DNA of 64,000 nucleotides from Leptogorgia sarmentosa (Eukaryota): NCBI GenBank assembly GCA_964658305.1, contig OZ210884.1, positions 4,030,001 to 4,094,000 of the forward strand, read 5' to 3'. Shown piece by piece: positions 10,590 to 23,489 of this stretch (position 1 is its first letter; each line of letters starts with the position of its first letter). The notes under the pieces were generated by a model. It saw only the letters and a program-made list of their open reading frames with translations, ran no database searches and was not told where the DNA came from. The position numbers and the translations under genes were made by a program.

Positions 10590-13500
10590 CTAATAAAAAA
10601 CCCAAGAAAGCTTATAACGTAGAGAATGTGTGGAAAATCATGCTCATTCATAACGTACACAATTTATACAAAGAAGTTATACATTAAAATCTGGGTGGTC
10701 AGAAATAAACCGTGAATAAATTAAGCCAACGTTTAACAATGCTCTTTGTTTTTCTTTATGTTTACCTTTTGTTTTCATTGTTTTCTTGAAGGTGCTAATG
10801 ACGGATTGGCTAATTTATCCATGCATTCGGGCAACACTGATTAAAATTGCAACAGCCGGCACTGGCGCTCAAATGGAAAATGTTGCCTTGTTTGAGAACA
10901 CTGTGTATGCTTCTTGCAGCAATGAGATATTCAGGCCATTTAAACCCTTTCAAATTCAAATTAGCCATAACGTATTGTACGCTTTTGAAAAAGAAGGTTC
11001 AGTACTTAGGCATTTCTTCGCACTATCATAGGAAAATACTTGTAAAAGTAATTTCATATTTACAAGGGGTTGCAGACGTATATTTATAACAATTTGCTCT
11101 CAATTCGTAAATTTAATTCGTACTCTGCAGATTTAGATACATTTACAATTTATATGAAGACTTCTGTCAACGATATACAATATTTTCGCACTTTCAATTA
11201 ATTGCTGTAATTTGAAATTTGAAACAGTTCAATCTTTGCTATACACCCTGTGCAGGGCTAACATGTGTCAAGAAAAGACTAGTCTTTGAAATTCAAATTT
11301 TGTCCCATGAATATAGAAGACCTTAATAGCTTGTGCATGTTCTTGCAATTCAAAGCGATTAGCTATATGTCAAAATATGAGAGAAAATTCGATCTAAATT
11401 GAATTTAAAAGGCTTGACGTTTTTATACGCTCTGTATAACGCATTAATTCATTTCCACGTTGGCGTCTGTGTTGTCAAAAAATGTCGTTTAGCTCTTAAG
11501 CCGTGTTTTCAATAAGTATTAGTGATAAAAGCGTAAGGAGAATAACAAAGGCTAACGTTTCCTCAGAAGTTTAAGGACCAGACATAGGAGTAATTTCTGC
11601 TCGTAACTTGCTGACGCCATGTGCCTCTGTCACATACTTCAACCGCATTTTTTTGTTTAATTTTCGACCCAGGCTTGTGCATATTGATTGAGTGACAAAA
11701 ATTGATTCAAATTGCCTAAATACCTTATGAGAATACGAAGCATAATGAACAAATGAATTATTACTAATGAACATCAAACATACATCGCTGTGGGAGTGAT
11801 AATGTATTCGAAAATTGACAAAGGCTAAAATTAATAAAGTCGCAGAAATATGAGTGGAACTCGAACAATTTCGCTATTCAGTCGTGTTAGTTCATCAAAA
11901 AGACGAAATAAAGGAATGCAACTAGGAAATTGCCATCTTCCAGCAATAAGTTTGCTGCTAATTTGAAAATGAAAAGTATCAGGTTTTTTACTCACCCTGG
12001 ATTTGTTAGTGGACATTTCTTTAACAATTCCGTTTAGCTACCAACCAATGGATAGATTGTTCGTATATTCAATTAGTTTACGCACGCGAAAAAACAACCT
12101 GTATAATCCTTCGCATGTTTTTAATTCGCTGATCCTCCTTAAATCACCACAAACAACTAGACATTTTCCAAACCTTGAAGACATTTTTTTAAATAGGGTC
12201 ACTTGTAATCCTATGACCTTTGGTAGTATTCAATTAAGTATAATGATGAAACTATATCTGATCTTGAATTAAATCGATACGCGTACGGCGTACGATAGCT
12301 TAGTTACTATACCCTTGATTAAAACAACGCTTGGATATATACGTTACGCCCATGGAATATTGCACGCTTGCATTTTGGCCGGCAAACTGAATCATATAGT
12401 TGATTACCTTCGGCTATAGCAAATGAAAGTATGAACTCACTTGGAAGAATTTTTATTTCAAACTTTCAAAATCTATTGTGAAATTGACCCACCATGGTGG
12501 AGATGCATCATGTGGAAAAAATGTCGGCGAGATCTCGCCCAGTAGGGTTGAACATTTGCTATATGTTAACGGAGCTGGGTAGGCTCAGTGAAAGATCTGT
12601 GGAATTGATTTTATAATAGCTTTTCCTGTAGCTTTTGCCACTTTAAATAGATCTAAACGAATCTTCGAATATTTGTTTGCTTTAGCTCCAGTTTTGACTT
12701 TGAACTTCACGAGCACGACAATAATAAGAAGGTGCATGGAAAAATTTCGCAAGTAGCTAGCGAACGGAAGCCAAACCGGCCATAGAAACATGCAGTACTG
12801 ATTTTTCTCGGATAAAAAATTGCAAACCAGCACCGAATGCAGCCCTACTCTCATGTCGTGTCACTATAAATAACACCCCCGTTATGGGAGTTGTATAAGG
12901 AAATCATGACAAACTGTTTCTTTTCAAACTTACAAATTAAAAAAAAATGGCAAAAAAATCACTGAACTATTTTGAAAACCCTGTAAACCCTGTATGTTTG
13001 TTAAGAGCATCATCATGAGGTGCTTGACATGTCTAATCGGTCTGCCTGATAGGATAAAGTCATCAATATCAACTGAAATTTCAAAGCAACAATAACCACA
13101 TACAAAATCTCGGATTACTTATGCACGTTTTGGAAGGCTTTATAAACCCATGTCTGAGAGGACATGCCAGAGTTAAACCGCAATTCGACTTCACCAGGGT
13201 ACATTGCGTTTTATCAAACAACGAGGCATTGAAAATCTGGTATGTACTCATCTGTTATTTCATTATTGCCAATTCTTTAGGGCAGAAAGGACGTAGAAAG
13301 ATTTGTTATTTAGCGAATTATTCTTACGAATCTTAAATCGGAATAGAAAATTGGAACGGATTTCTTTTAATCATGCAATAAACTTACCATGTTTTGTTTG
13401 GCCACAACACAGTACACACAAAAAAACTTGAGATAGTCAGGAATATTATGATGATTTAACATGAGCAATTAAATCGAAATTATGTTTCAACTGTCTAATA

Positions 13501-13922
13501 TCGATATCAATATTGTTCTGGAAGTCGCACAGTATTCAATATGGTTTATGTACTAATTTTTCAATTGTTCCCTGTTACAAATATGTCAATCGTTGATACT
13601 TTGGTTTTCGTTGCATCTTACACAATTATTCTTTTGTTAATATTCATATTACCCTAAAACTGATTACATTTACTAGAATCTCGTAATATTTCGATGCAAT
13701 AATTAGAAGGTTGTTCACCGTCTTTCTGGTTCGTTACTTTGACTTTAAAACAAAGGATATTTCCCTGGTGTTTTTCAGGTATATGCGTGCAGCCATGTGG
13801 GTTACAAATTGTTTCAATTGATCTCATTATATAACCAGTTTGCCTTTCCATATACATGAAGTATCCATTCCCCCGCAGTCTGTACTTGCAATAGATAATT
13901 ATAAAGCTTGCTGTTTAGCCAT

Positions 13923-13930
13923 TATATAAG
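13923..13930 (+). promoter_or_regulatory. Candidate TATA box of the small secreted-peptide gene
   Basis: TATATAAG followed by GGGGCC, about 225 nt upstream of ATG 14150. A polypyrimidine/AG acceptor at 14091-14104 suggests a 5' UTR intron. Confidence 0.3.
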
Positions 13931-14149
13931 GGGCCCAGGAAACCCCCACATCAATCTTATTGAAGTTACGTATTCATTAGGATTGCGTTGTTCATGCAAT
14001 ATCTTGTTTTTTGCAAGTGATTAAAAAAGATCTTTGGCCATAATATAATGCCTTGCCAGGTTAAATTAACTTACACCAAACATAACAACATTTTTCCGTT
14101 TTAGTTTAAAGAAAGAAAAATATAGCTGATAATACTTTGGAAACCAGCC

Positions 14150-14362
14150 ATGACGCGCGTTGGAGCCGTGGTTACGATTTTCTTGATGATATATTTAAGT
14201 TCTGTATTTCTTCACGAATTCATGCCCGTATCCGAAGCCATTCAAGGAGGTTTCCGTAGATGTCGAGTTACGGGCCGAAGATGCACGAGCACATATCGGA
14301 GGAATAGGGAAACAAAATCTCAGCACAGATTGAAAAGGTTTAAAACTATACCAAAAAAATAA
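14150..14362 (+). CDS. Putative small secreted cationic peptide precursor (70 aa)
   Basis: GCCATG Kozak context. Hydrophobic N-terminal stretch ending in S-E-A (signal-peptidase-like site). The 40-aa remainder has 15 K/R, 2 Cys and several dibasic sites. Confidence 0.5.
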   Translation: MTRVGAVVTIFLMIYLSSVFLHEFMPVSEAIQGGFRRCRVTGRRCTSTYRRNRETKSQHRLKRFKTIPKK

Positions 14363-14544
14363 CACGACCACGTGTGAACTATGTACATACAAATACGTTT
14401 AGATAAAAGAAAGAGTATTGTACGCATGTATACCGTTCAGCATAAATTTATTTGAACAGTGCAATATTGTGGGACTGTACGTGTAATATAAGTATAACAC
14501 GTTTTACGTGTTCTAAATTATCAATAGTAGATTGTTTAGATATA

Positions 14545-14919
14545 CAGGCGGTGTCCCAACCAAGTAGATATAAAAATCACCTCTTTTGTTGTTAAACGCG
14601 TGCATTGTTATACCCTTGAGAATTATAGTATTAAATGAATGGCGTGAGTGTTTCTAACATTTCCTCTCTTAGCTTCAAAATATTTTGACGTGATGATCGA
14701 AGCAAGCAAAATGATTTCATAAATATGAGTTATTTCGACAAAAAATTAAAAATCGTTGCCCTGTAGACCGTTGAAATTCTGACTTGAACTGACGGCAAGG
14801 CGAAGATATAGCTAATTAATACTTTTCAGCTACATGTTTGTGTGGTTGGTTGTTTTAGAACTGGGTATTTTAACGACAAGGGAGTGATTTTTGAAAAGGG
14901 TACTTCAACGCGACACCTT
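14545..14919. mobile_element. Degenerate Tc1/mariner-type MITE
   Basis: Imperfect ends TA-CAGGCGGTGTCCC ... GCGACACCTTG-TA with TA flanks. Confidence 0.4.
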
Positions 14920-16620
14920 GTACGTCCTGCAGTAACTTGAGATGGGCTGTATATAAATATGTTCCCTAAAAAAATTGAAATATAGACAACAAGCTGGGTA
15001 AACATTTTAGTCTAAGCAGACAATAATATAGAATTTTAACTAGTACCCAGTTAGTCAGGAATATTTAAGTTTAACTAGTAATATAGAACATAGTACGGAA
15101 CGGTTACGAATATTGTCAAATTTCGGCCATTATACGCTCCGTTTTAGCTATTAAATACCTTTGGACAAAAATTATACATGGGAGGAGAAGATCAGTAGAG
15201 TATGTAATCTTGGGTGTGAACCGACTTTTAAAATTCTATATTTTTTACGTTTAATTTCTTTGACTGTATCTTTCCAATGTACTATAGCATACTATTTGAA
15301 GTACTGTAAATATGTTTTTAAGTTGTATCTTTTAAAAAAAGTATACGTGTATGCGTGCTTTACAAAAGTGTTAAATAAGAAGTATAGCTACCTCTAATTT
15401 AAATGTAACAGTCGAAATGTAGAAAAAAAAAGAAGCTATAAAATGAGAAAATGTGTTTGGGGTTTACTACTGGTCATCCATTTAATTTAACCCAGTTCAA
15501 CCTCGCCTGCATTTTCATATTCCTCAATATACGTAAAATATCAGGAGATGCAGAAACAATGTTTCATTGCCCAGTGATTATAAACTGGTTTGGGCAACCA
15601 CTGAAGATTTTCAATCGGCTAAACGTTATCACGTTATCATAAGCAGACCTCAATCGGGTTGGTAGGCATGGGTAACGTTGAAATATGCAGGCTGTTGTTT
15701 TTTAATGAAATCCTGCAGTACAGATACACAAAAAACCTCACCATTCACTATTACCAAGTTTAAGCAATGCATCATTAGAGTAGCTAGAGATTCATGCGCC
15801 AGACTGTTTGCAAGCTGGCTAGAAGGCAGCTTTCATTGAACCGTTCTCCTATAAGCTTTCTATATCAGGATGGTGCGTGTTTTTGGTGCGGGGAATTCCA
15901 GTGATTCTTTCTATTTGAAAATGTTTACCACGGAAGAACAAAAGACTGAATTCCGAAAGTTCACATATTTGGCGGCTATATTAATTTCATTTGCGGCAGG
16001 CCAGGCAGAACGAATATAGTTCTTTTATCCAATTTTATAACATAGTTTAAATGAGCCACTACTGTCACAGTTAGAAAAGGCATAATGTTATCTAGAATGT
16101 CTGCAATTGATGTTACAAGCTGCGTTATTATAGGAAATTTTCCGCCTAAAAATTTCCGCACTTCGTGTAGCTTCGGTGAGGGCTCAGACTAATTTCATGC
16201 TTTCCCTTGTCATGGAACAATAGATAAAACAAAAGCAATTAAGTAGGAATGTATTAAGTCATTAATCCGGCGGCGTATCGGTGTACAGGTAAATGCTTGT
16301 GGAGATAGAGAAATAGAATGCGGAAAGAATTAGAAAATGGGTAATAATGGAATTTAAAGGGTGAGGTAAGGCTGCATGTGTTTATGGCAGATTAATAATA
16401 ATATGTGTGAATTAAAAAAAGGCATTCTGCACGTACTTATTGACCACCATGCATATACGAGTCATTCAACTAAATCTAGGCGGATACCTATTTGCACATA
16501 TTCAAGCTTATATAATTTCTTCAATGTATTTCCACATAATCCAATGTAGGAACTTCCAGCAAAAAATTTTGAATGAATGTTCGGAGTAACGTAAATTGAA
16601 CAAGCTACTAGCATTGATTA

Positions 16621-17032
16621 AGCGTATTTAGCCAGAAAGATGAATAATTCGTCAAGGACGAATTATTCGACTAGCCTTGCTAAACACGAGACGAACCACA
16701 CGTCGGTTTTTTGTGTTTGTTTTGGTCACGATTGGATTCACAAGTCTGGATCAAAAGGAATATTTGGTATATTTCGTACTTCAGTGCAACAACTGATCTT
16801 TAGTAGCTACGAGTGTGATATTAGCGTCTCGTATTTACCCAGACGAATTATTGGTCTTAGACGAATAATTCGTTTGTTAAGTGCGTCGAAACGACGCACT
16901 AAAAAGACGAACTAAACAGGGTATGTTGAGTGCGACTGTTAAGTTCGTCTCCGGATTTACTTTAACAACTTATTTCATTCAGTCGAAGAATTCGTCCCAG
17001 TCGAATTTTTCGTCTTTTTAGCTAAATACGGT
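16621..17032. mobile_element. MITE with about 50-bp imperfect TIRs
   Basis: AGCGTATTTAGCCAGAAAGATGAATAATTCGTC...TTCGACT versus AGTCGAAGAATTCGTCC...TTTAGCTAAATACGGT, with TA flanks. Confidence 0.7.
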
Positions 17033-19871
17033 TATTCATAAAAACGTTTGATATTTGTCGTTTGCAAGTTCATTTGTCAGAAAGATGTTTAAAACTTTAC
17101 CTTACAATTTTTTTAGCGATGTTCTTTCGATAATTGTTGACCTTTTAATTGTCGCCATTTGAAAAAAGACTGATATATTATTTGCAAAGAACCTTGGAGC
17201 TGATAAAATAGCTTTACTATTACATGCAAGTATTGTCAGTATTTATCATATTTTCCGGCAATATGGGAGTGTAAAATTCCTGCATTTATGGTCTATGTAA
17301 AAAAGAAGAAGCTACCCAAAGAGAAGTAACTCAAATCTCTTTCGCGTTTAGAGTTTAATTAAGGTTTTTGAAAGATAACTTTTTTTTTCAGAATACCTCT
17401 TAGTATATACCTCTTATGCAATTAGACTTGAAGTATGACGTCATAAGTACTGACAGCTATAGCTACTTTTCATCCACATCAGTAGATAAAATGTCCCCAA
17501 AATGCAATCTTTTATACAGCATAGAATGGAATGCAGAGACAGGGTCATGGAAGAAAAGATCTTATAAGAAGTAAATCAGACCTTAGTATATAAAGTTTAA
17601 TTTGTAGTAAACAAACCTTAGTAATGTTGTGTTATGCTTGGGAGCCTTCCAATGTATAAAGCCAGTCGTACTTATAGAACATGCTGCCAATGCACTTGTT
17701 TCTAATCCCATTTCCAGTCGAAAATTGCGACAAATCTCTAGCCCAAAATGGCTTTATCCCATTGTTTTGCTGAAATTCTTAATCCCATTCTATTGTTTTG
17801 GTCATCATAAATGCCATTCCCACGCTCCCGACGCTCTTATTTCGACATTGTGATTTTTCCTTTGCTAGAGGTTAAATGTTTTATGATGGTTGGGAAAATG
17901 GCTTGAATAAAAACCGCACAAGTGCTGTTACATAACCTAATCCATATTACGCAACTTGATTGCGCCAAATGCAAAGCTGGATTACTTATATTTTTTTATG
18001 CTCACTAGCTTACTTCGTCATGGATAAGATGCGTATATGGGCAAAACAATAGTTGATCTTGCGATTTGTAATCTGTTGAGTATTTTTTAGCAGGCTACTT
18101 CTGTTTTTTACGGTATTATATTCAGGAATAGTAGAGAACATTTACAATACAGTATCACGAATGCTCGTCAACAAATTTTCGAAAATTCTGGAACTTTCAA
18201 TTCTTGGTTGTGTATGAGGTGCATATAGATATATAACAGTTAATTCATATGCAAGGCAACCCTTTATTTAAGTTAAACGACATTAATTTATTCTGTTAAA
18301 TCTAGATCATGCTCCCTGTAACAATTCTTCATTGCCGAGCGAATCAAGTAACTTTTTATTCTATTGCTTCTATAGAAGATCGTATATATGAGTGGGCTGC
18401 TTCAATAAATCATTCATATTTCCCCTCCCTCCCCACCCCCAAACGCCCCCAATCAACGCTACTTGATAATTGTGTTTCCATTTGGTTTCGACCACCAGGG
18501 GTGATCGTATCACGTGATTGGAAACGGGAGATAGATAAAACAATAGGAATTAAGTAGGAATTTGAATCTTCTTTAATCAGGCACCGAATGAATTGTGAAA
18601 GCGGAAAGGATTCGGAACTGATCAGTACAAGGATAGATAGTAAAAATGTGTGAAAATTCCTATTCAGAAGACCTTCCGACTGGTGTTTATCCCACAAATC
18701 CATTCCAGGCCGTGTTTGAAACATTTACTGCTATTCGCGTTATTTAAAACATATAGCTGCTTGTAATCGCGTATATAAACACAGATATACTAATTTTGTC
18801 TATGTTTGTGAAAAAACTTCCGGGAATCTTTCATCTCATAATCTGCCCTTGAAAAAAATCTACTTGCGACAATAATCCTAGTCATTCATTTGAAGACTAA
18901 CGAAAGAATTTCCTGAAATTCTCGCAACTTATAATATATAATATATATATTTATTACATGTATATTACGTGTGACGCGTTGATTCTGTTTGATCATGAAA
19001 TCAATGTTGTTTCCTTCAATGCATGGGTATTTGATAACGGAAAATTTTTGAGGACTTCTCGTGATGATAATTGTTGATCGTTGAAAACAATCTTTCTGAT
19101 TTGCATGCTGCCAAAACTCTATTTCAAGCCTCAACCTTTATGTATATAACGAACCATACTTTTTACGTTTGTTAAAACAGGACATCCATGCAATGTGCAT
19201 CGTATAAAAATTGCAGGTCAAAATTATGTTTTCCTCCGTTAACATTCGGTGTATAAACGCCAGCGAGAATATGGTTTAACTAATTCAAGAACAAACGAAA
19301 CCAGGAACTTTCAAACAACTCGTGGCCTTTTAATTTGGGAATTGTTGAAGACGTTGGAGCATAATTCATGGAGAAACAACATTTAGGTGCATGCAATGAG
19401 ATACTTATGAGTGACACATTAATTCTTCCATAAACTATTTTTGGCGTTAGAATACATGATTTTTACCAGGTTTGACCCTCTTTGTAGCAGTTGTTTGTAT
19501 AGACTGGTAGTTTTATTAAAACTTTGATATAGCAATTCAACCATGGATATTATAACTTTAATTTAACATTATAAATACTATACTCACTGACTGATGAATA
19601 CCGACAAATAACTTGGCCGTTCAAACGGCATAATTAATTCCAATGTTAAAAAGGAAATCACAAACATGCAAGTATGGATTATCCGCTTTTTTTGAGCAGT
19701 TTGTTATGGATAGGCTTATTACAGGTTATAAGCTAGTCTGCTGTGGGAATTAGTCTGTCCGGCGTTGTTATTCTCCGGTGTGTTTTTTATCAGGCTTTGT
19801 TTTAAATTAAGATTACGGCATGCTAGAGACTTCTATTTTTTAAAAAAATTGTTGAATCAGGTCTAATAGTA

Positions 19872-20170
19872 TTTAGTAGAATCATACTCGTATACTATTG
19901 CAAATGCTGCAATTTGATTGGCTACTCTACTCGCTATCTATTCCTCGATAGATAGCGAGTAGCAAAATATGTGAATTTTCGTTCAAGAAAATGTCTTCTG
20001 AGACGCGGTTTTAAAATATTTTTTGCAATATTTTCATGTTTGATCTCTGATTCTACTAAAACAATTAGATTACTCGCTCTCGATTTCTACGAGATGATAG
20101 TTGATTCGGGCTTCGCCCTCATCAACTATCACCTCATAGGAATCTCGAGCTCGTAATCTAATTGTTAAAT
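19872..20170. mobile_element. Palindrome-terminated non-autonomous element (Crypton-like, class tentative)
   Basis: Imperfect hairpin of about 110 bp, AACAATTAGATTAC...GTAATCTAATTGTT (20059-20166). Inverted TTAGTAGAATC / GATTCTACTAA, and an internal hairpin CTACTCGCTATCTAT..ATAGCGAGTAG. A related hairpin occurs at 59612-59715. Confidence 0.5.
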
Positions 20171-20882
20171 ATTGAATTATCAGGGCAGAGTTTTTTGTGT
20201 TATTTGCCAAAGCCAGCTTAATTATTATTAATTTGTATCCCTATTGCTGTTTAGGTAAGCTCATCCAATGTAAACAAGAACCTTTCTTTGAGCAAGCTAT
20301 TTTTATTCCCCCCCTTTGGAACTGAGGGCTCGCTATATTTACTGAGAGATAGCGAGGTTAATACAGCAAGACCGAGGTTTGATATTTTCCCGCACAGCCC
20401 GAACAGTCGAAGTCATTAAATTTTTTTATAAGACACGTGTGCGTTTTGAATTGAGCTCATGCAGACAACATGCAGGAATAAACCACATTAGTATAAATTT
20501 TCAAGTGACTATAACATTTCCTGCAATCTGATTGGTTAAAATTTGCTGTCTCTGGTGTGACGTGGTAACGACACTATATAATCGGAGAGCCAGTAAGCTA
20601 TTGGAAGGCGCTCAGTGTTTGTGACAACAGTAGTTCAATATGCATAGCTTGCACGTTTTTTATTTTTCACATTGTTTTCGACTATGACGTTAGATTTTTG
20701 TTTATTTCAACACATTGTACTTAATTTATGATGAATAATGATTATAAACTACTTCCTCGTTCCCAGGGTCTTGTGAATCAAAAACGGTGGGAACGGGTTG
20801 TGGTTGGTAAACGACAGGGTTCAGTTTAGATTAAAGAGAGTTCAGTTCTGGCCACAATAATTCGCATACATGACGTATACCG

Positions 20883-21674
20883 ATGAAAATTAAAATGGCG
20901 TCCCAAGAAAGGGACGAAACTTATTTTGATCCTGAAAATCTGCCAGTTTTAGTTGCAGAGAACATCGCATCGCACTTGAGTGGTCTGGATTTGATAAACC
21001 TAGGCATGACCTGCAAATTCTGGCACGAAATAGCCGCAAGTAATGCGGTGTGGAAAATGCTGTGCGTGAAACGATTTGGGAAGCAACCTGGTGAAACTGG
21101 AAGTGAAAACTTCAAGAAAGTTTATTTTAAACTGGGCAGAATGAAATTGTCTGTGGTCGATTTTGACGACATTTTGCATTTCGGTGATCGCTATTTGAAG
21201 AAAATTAATGACCCAGAGAGCTCGTCAGGCAGTGTTCTACATCTGAAAGAAGTTTGTTGGTTGCAAGTGGATGGAAAATTTAAAGCCGTACTTGCGGGAG
21301 AGTACAATGTATTGTGGAGAATGAAATTAAACAATGCTTATATGCAGTGCAGTCAGGAAGCGTGTATATATTATAAAGCTACACCAAAGTTGGGCTGTGG
21401 CGTTGAGTTGTGGTGTAAATGGGATGTGGATAAGCTTCGTAAGGAAGAGAAGGACAATGGAAGAAACACATGGTTTGTTTACAACAGTGGTGTACTTACT
21501 GTTGAAACCATGTGTGATGTCCATGTCGAAATCCATGGCCGAAATGATTATTGGTGCGGAGGATTTTATTGGGATTATGTTCAGTTAAAATGTGTCAATG
21601 ACAGGTCGACATCAAATTTTGTCAATGAGCAATCCGCCATTGAACCAAAAGGGAAAATTCGGAAAATTCGGTAA
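20883..21674 (+). CDS. F-box protein with PP2/Nictaba-like C-terminal domain, copy 1 (C-terminal tail frameshifted)
   Basis: F-box LPVLVAENIASHLSGLDLINLGMTCKFWHEIAASNAVWKMLC. PP2-like motifs LKEVCWLQVDGKF, GEYNVLWRMKL, WFVYNSGVL and WCGGFYWDYVQL. Single 263-aa ORF; the ATG at 20895 has the better Kozak context. Confidence 0.85.
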   Translation: MKIKMASQERDETYFDPENLPVLVAENIASHLSGLDLINLGMTCKFWHEIAASNAVWKMLCVKRFGKQPGETGSENFKKVYFKLGRMKLSVVDFDDILHFGDRYLKKINDPESSSGSVLHLKEVCWLQVDGKFKAVLAGEYNVLWRMKLNNAYMQCSQEACIYYKATPKLGCGVELWCKWDVDKLRKEEKDNGRNTWFVYNSGVLTVETMCDVHVEIHGRNDYWCGGFYWDYVQLKCVNDRSTSNFVNEQSAIEPKGKIRKIR

Positions 21675-22594
21675 AGGCTCGTGTGATGTGATGTAAGGGA
21701 TATTTCTCTGGGGTTGGTTCATAAGAAATCTGGACGGGTGATGTAAAGTAAATAAAAAGTCGTAAAAATTTGAAATTCTGTTTTGAAGTATAGAATTATC
21801 TTTTATGTTGCATGCTCTGTTTTTGCTTTAGCTTCAGTCTATAATCAAAGACATATGGATCGGACAGTTTACAAACTGTTTGCTAAGTATCATTAATAAT
21901 TATCTTAGTTTGATTCTATTTGATTTAACCAGTTGATTTGCATGCTATGTGATTGAATTAGTGATTAGGTGTTGACAAGTTAACTTAATTCACCGCCGTT
22001 ATATAAGACATTGATGAATAGGAAGTCGGTATTGTTGTTGAGACGCTATACGAGACAGCGAGCTGTAAAGACAAGTCTAAGTTTATTCAGTCCCTAGAGA
22101 TTCACTCTTCAGGTATTACAAATTGTATTTTATATTTTTGATCTTTGATACTGTGTAATCATTTAATCATTATCTAATCAGAGTCTAATCGATTTCAGAA
22201 TGTATGTATTAAAATAATATAAATAATATATTACGAAATATCTCTACTGGATTGTGTGTGGTTTTGCCCAAACGGAAACAACATATCTTAATACCAATAA
22301 TATAGGTATGATATGTCATTCATTATTATATACATAGTCTGGTCATAGTATGGCCATCTGGAGCTGCCTTCATGTATATTTCCGATACCATTGTCACAAT
22401 TCGATATTTGGAATGATATATTTGGGTGTGTATAACTACGTTTTATTGACATTAAGCCACCTGTCTGTGCTACCTAGGCAGGTTGTATCAATTGCTAATG
22501 CGCACCACTCCTTTCCACCAACACGTCTCCTAATATACTCTCTCACTGAACACGCGCAATCTCCAGCACCATATCACCACGCTCACACACTTCA

Positions 22595-23255
22595 CAAAAA
22601 CGAAAAAATGAAGTTCTTTTTTTGAGCAAATTCCTCAATTTTATGTAAAACAAAACTGATACAAAAACGAATAAATGAAGTTCTTTTTTTGAGCAAATTC
22701 CTCAATTTATGCAATACAAAACTGATACAAAAACGAAAAAATGAAGTTCTTTTTTTGAGCAAATTCCTCAATTTATGTAAAACAAAACTGATACAAAAAC
22801 GAAAAAATGAAGTTCTTTTTTTGAGCAAATTCCTCAATTTATGTAATACAAAACTGATACAAAAACGAAAAAATGAAGTTCTTTTTTTGAGCAAATTCTT
22901 CAATTTATGTAAAACAAAACTGATACAAAAACGGAAAAATGAAGTTCTTTTTTTGAGCAAATTCCTCAATTTATGTAATACAAAACTGATACAAAAACGA
23001 AAAAATGAAGTTCTTTTTTTGAGCAAATTCCTCAATTTATGTAAAACAAAACTGATACAAAAACGAAAAAATGAAGTTCTTTTTTTGAGCAAATTCCTCA
23101 ATTTATGTAATACAAAACTGATACAAAAACGAAAAAATGAAGTTCTTTTTTTGAGCAAATTCTTCAATTTATGTAAAACAAAACTGATACAAAAACGGAA
23201 AAATGAAGTTCTTTTTTTGAGCAAATTCCTCAATTTATGTAATATAAAACTGATA
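22595..23255. repeat. 66-bp satellite array, 10 units
   Basis: Unit runs CAAAAACGAAAAAATGAAGTTC-(T run)-GAGCAAATTCCTCAATTTATGTAA(T/A)ACAAAACTGATA. Starts at 22595 and 22662, then every 66 nt. Confidence 0.97.
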
Positions 23256-23489
23256 TGCGAGCACGTCTTTCCAAGACCGGCTAGCAGGTTAGAAACATGC
23301 TTTGCGACCAGTCATGCTTGGAGCCTGGTGAAACATAACTAATAGTTTAAACCTAAAACTACCAGGGACTATAGGCCTTAGTGGCACAACATTGGCAATA
23401 TACTCCCTCCTCGCCAGGCAACCTCGTACCCAGAAGATTATAGAGAGTTCAGTTCTGGCCACAATAATTCGCATACATGACGTATCGTG

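Noticed and set aside
22592..23342. 213-aa and 217-aa repetitive ORFs on both strands (also 25136-25619)
   Set aside because: They arise from a 66-bp (multiple of three) satellite, start at non-ATG codons, and the first unit has an indel. No evidence of coding.
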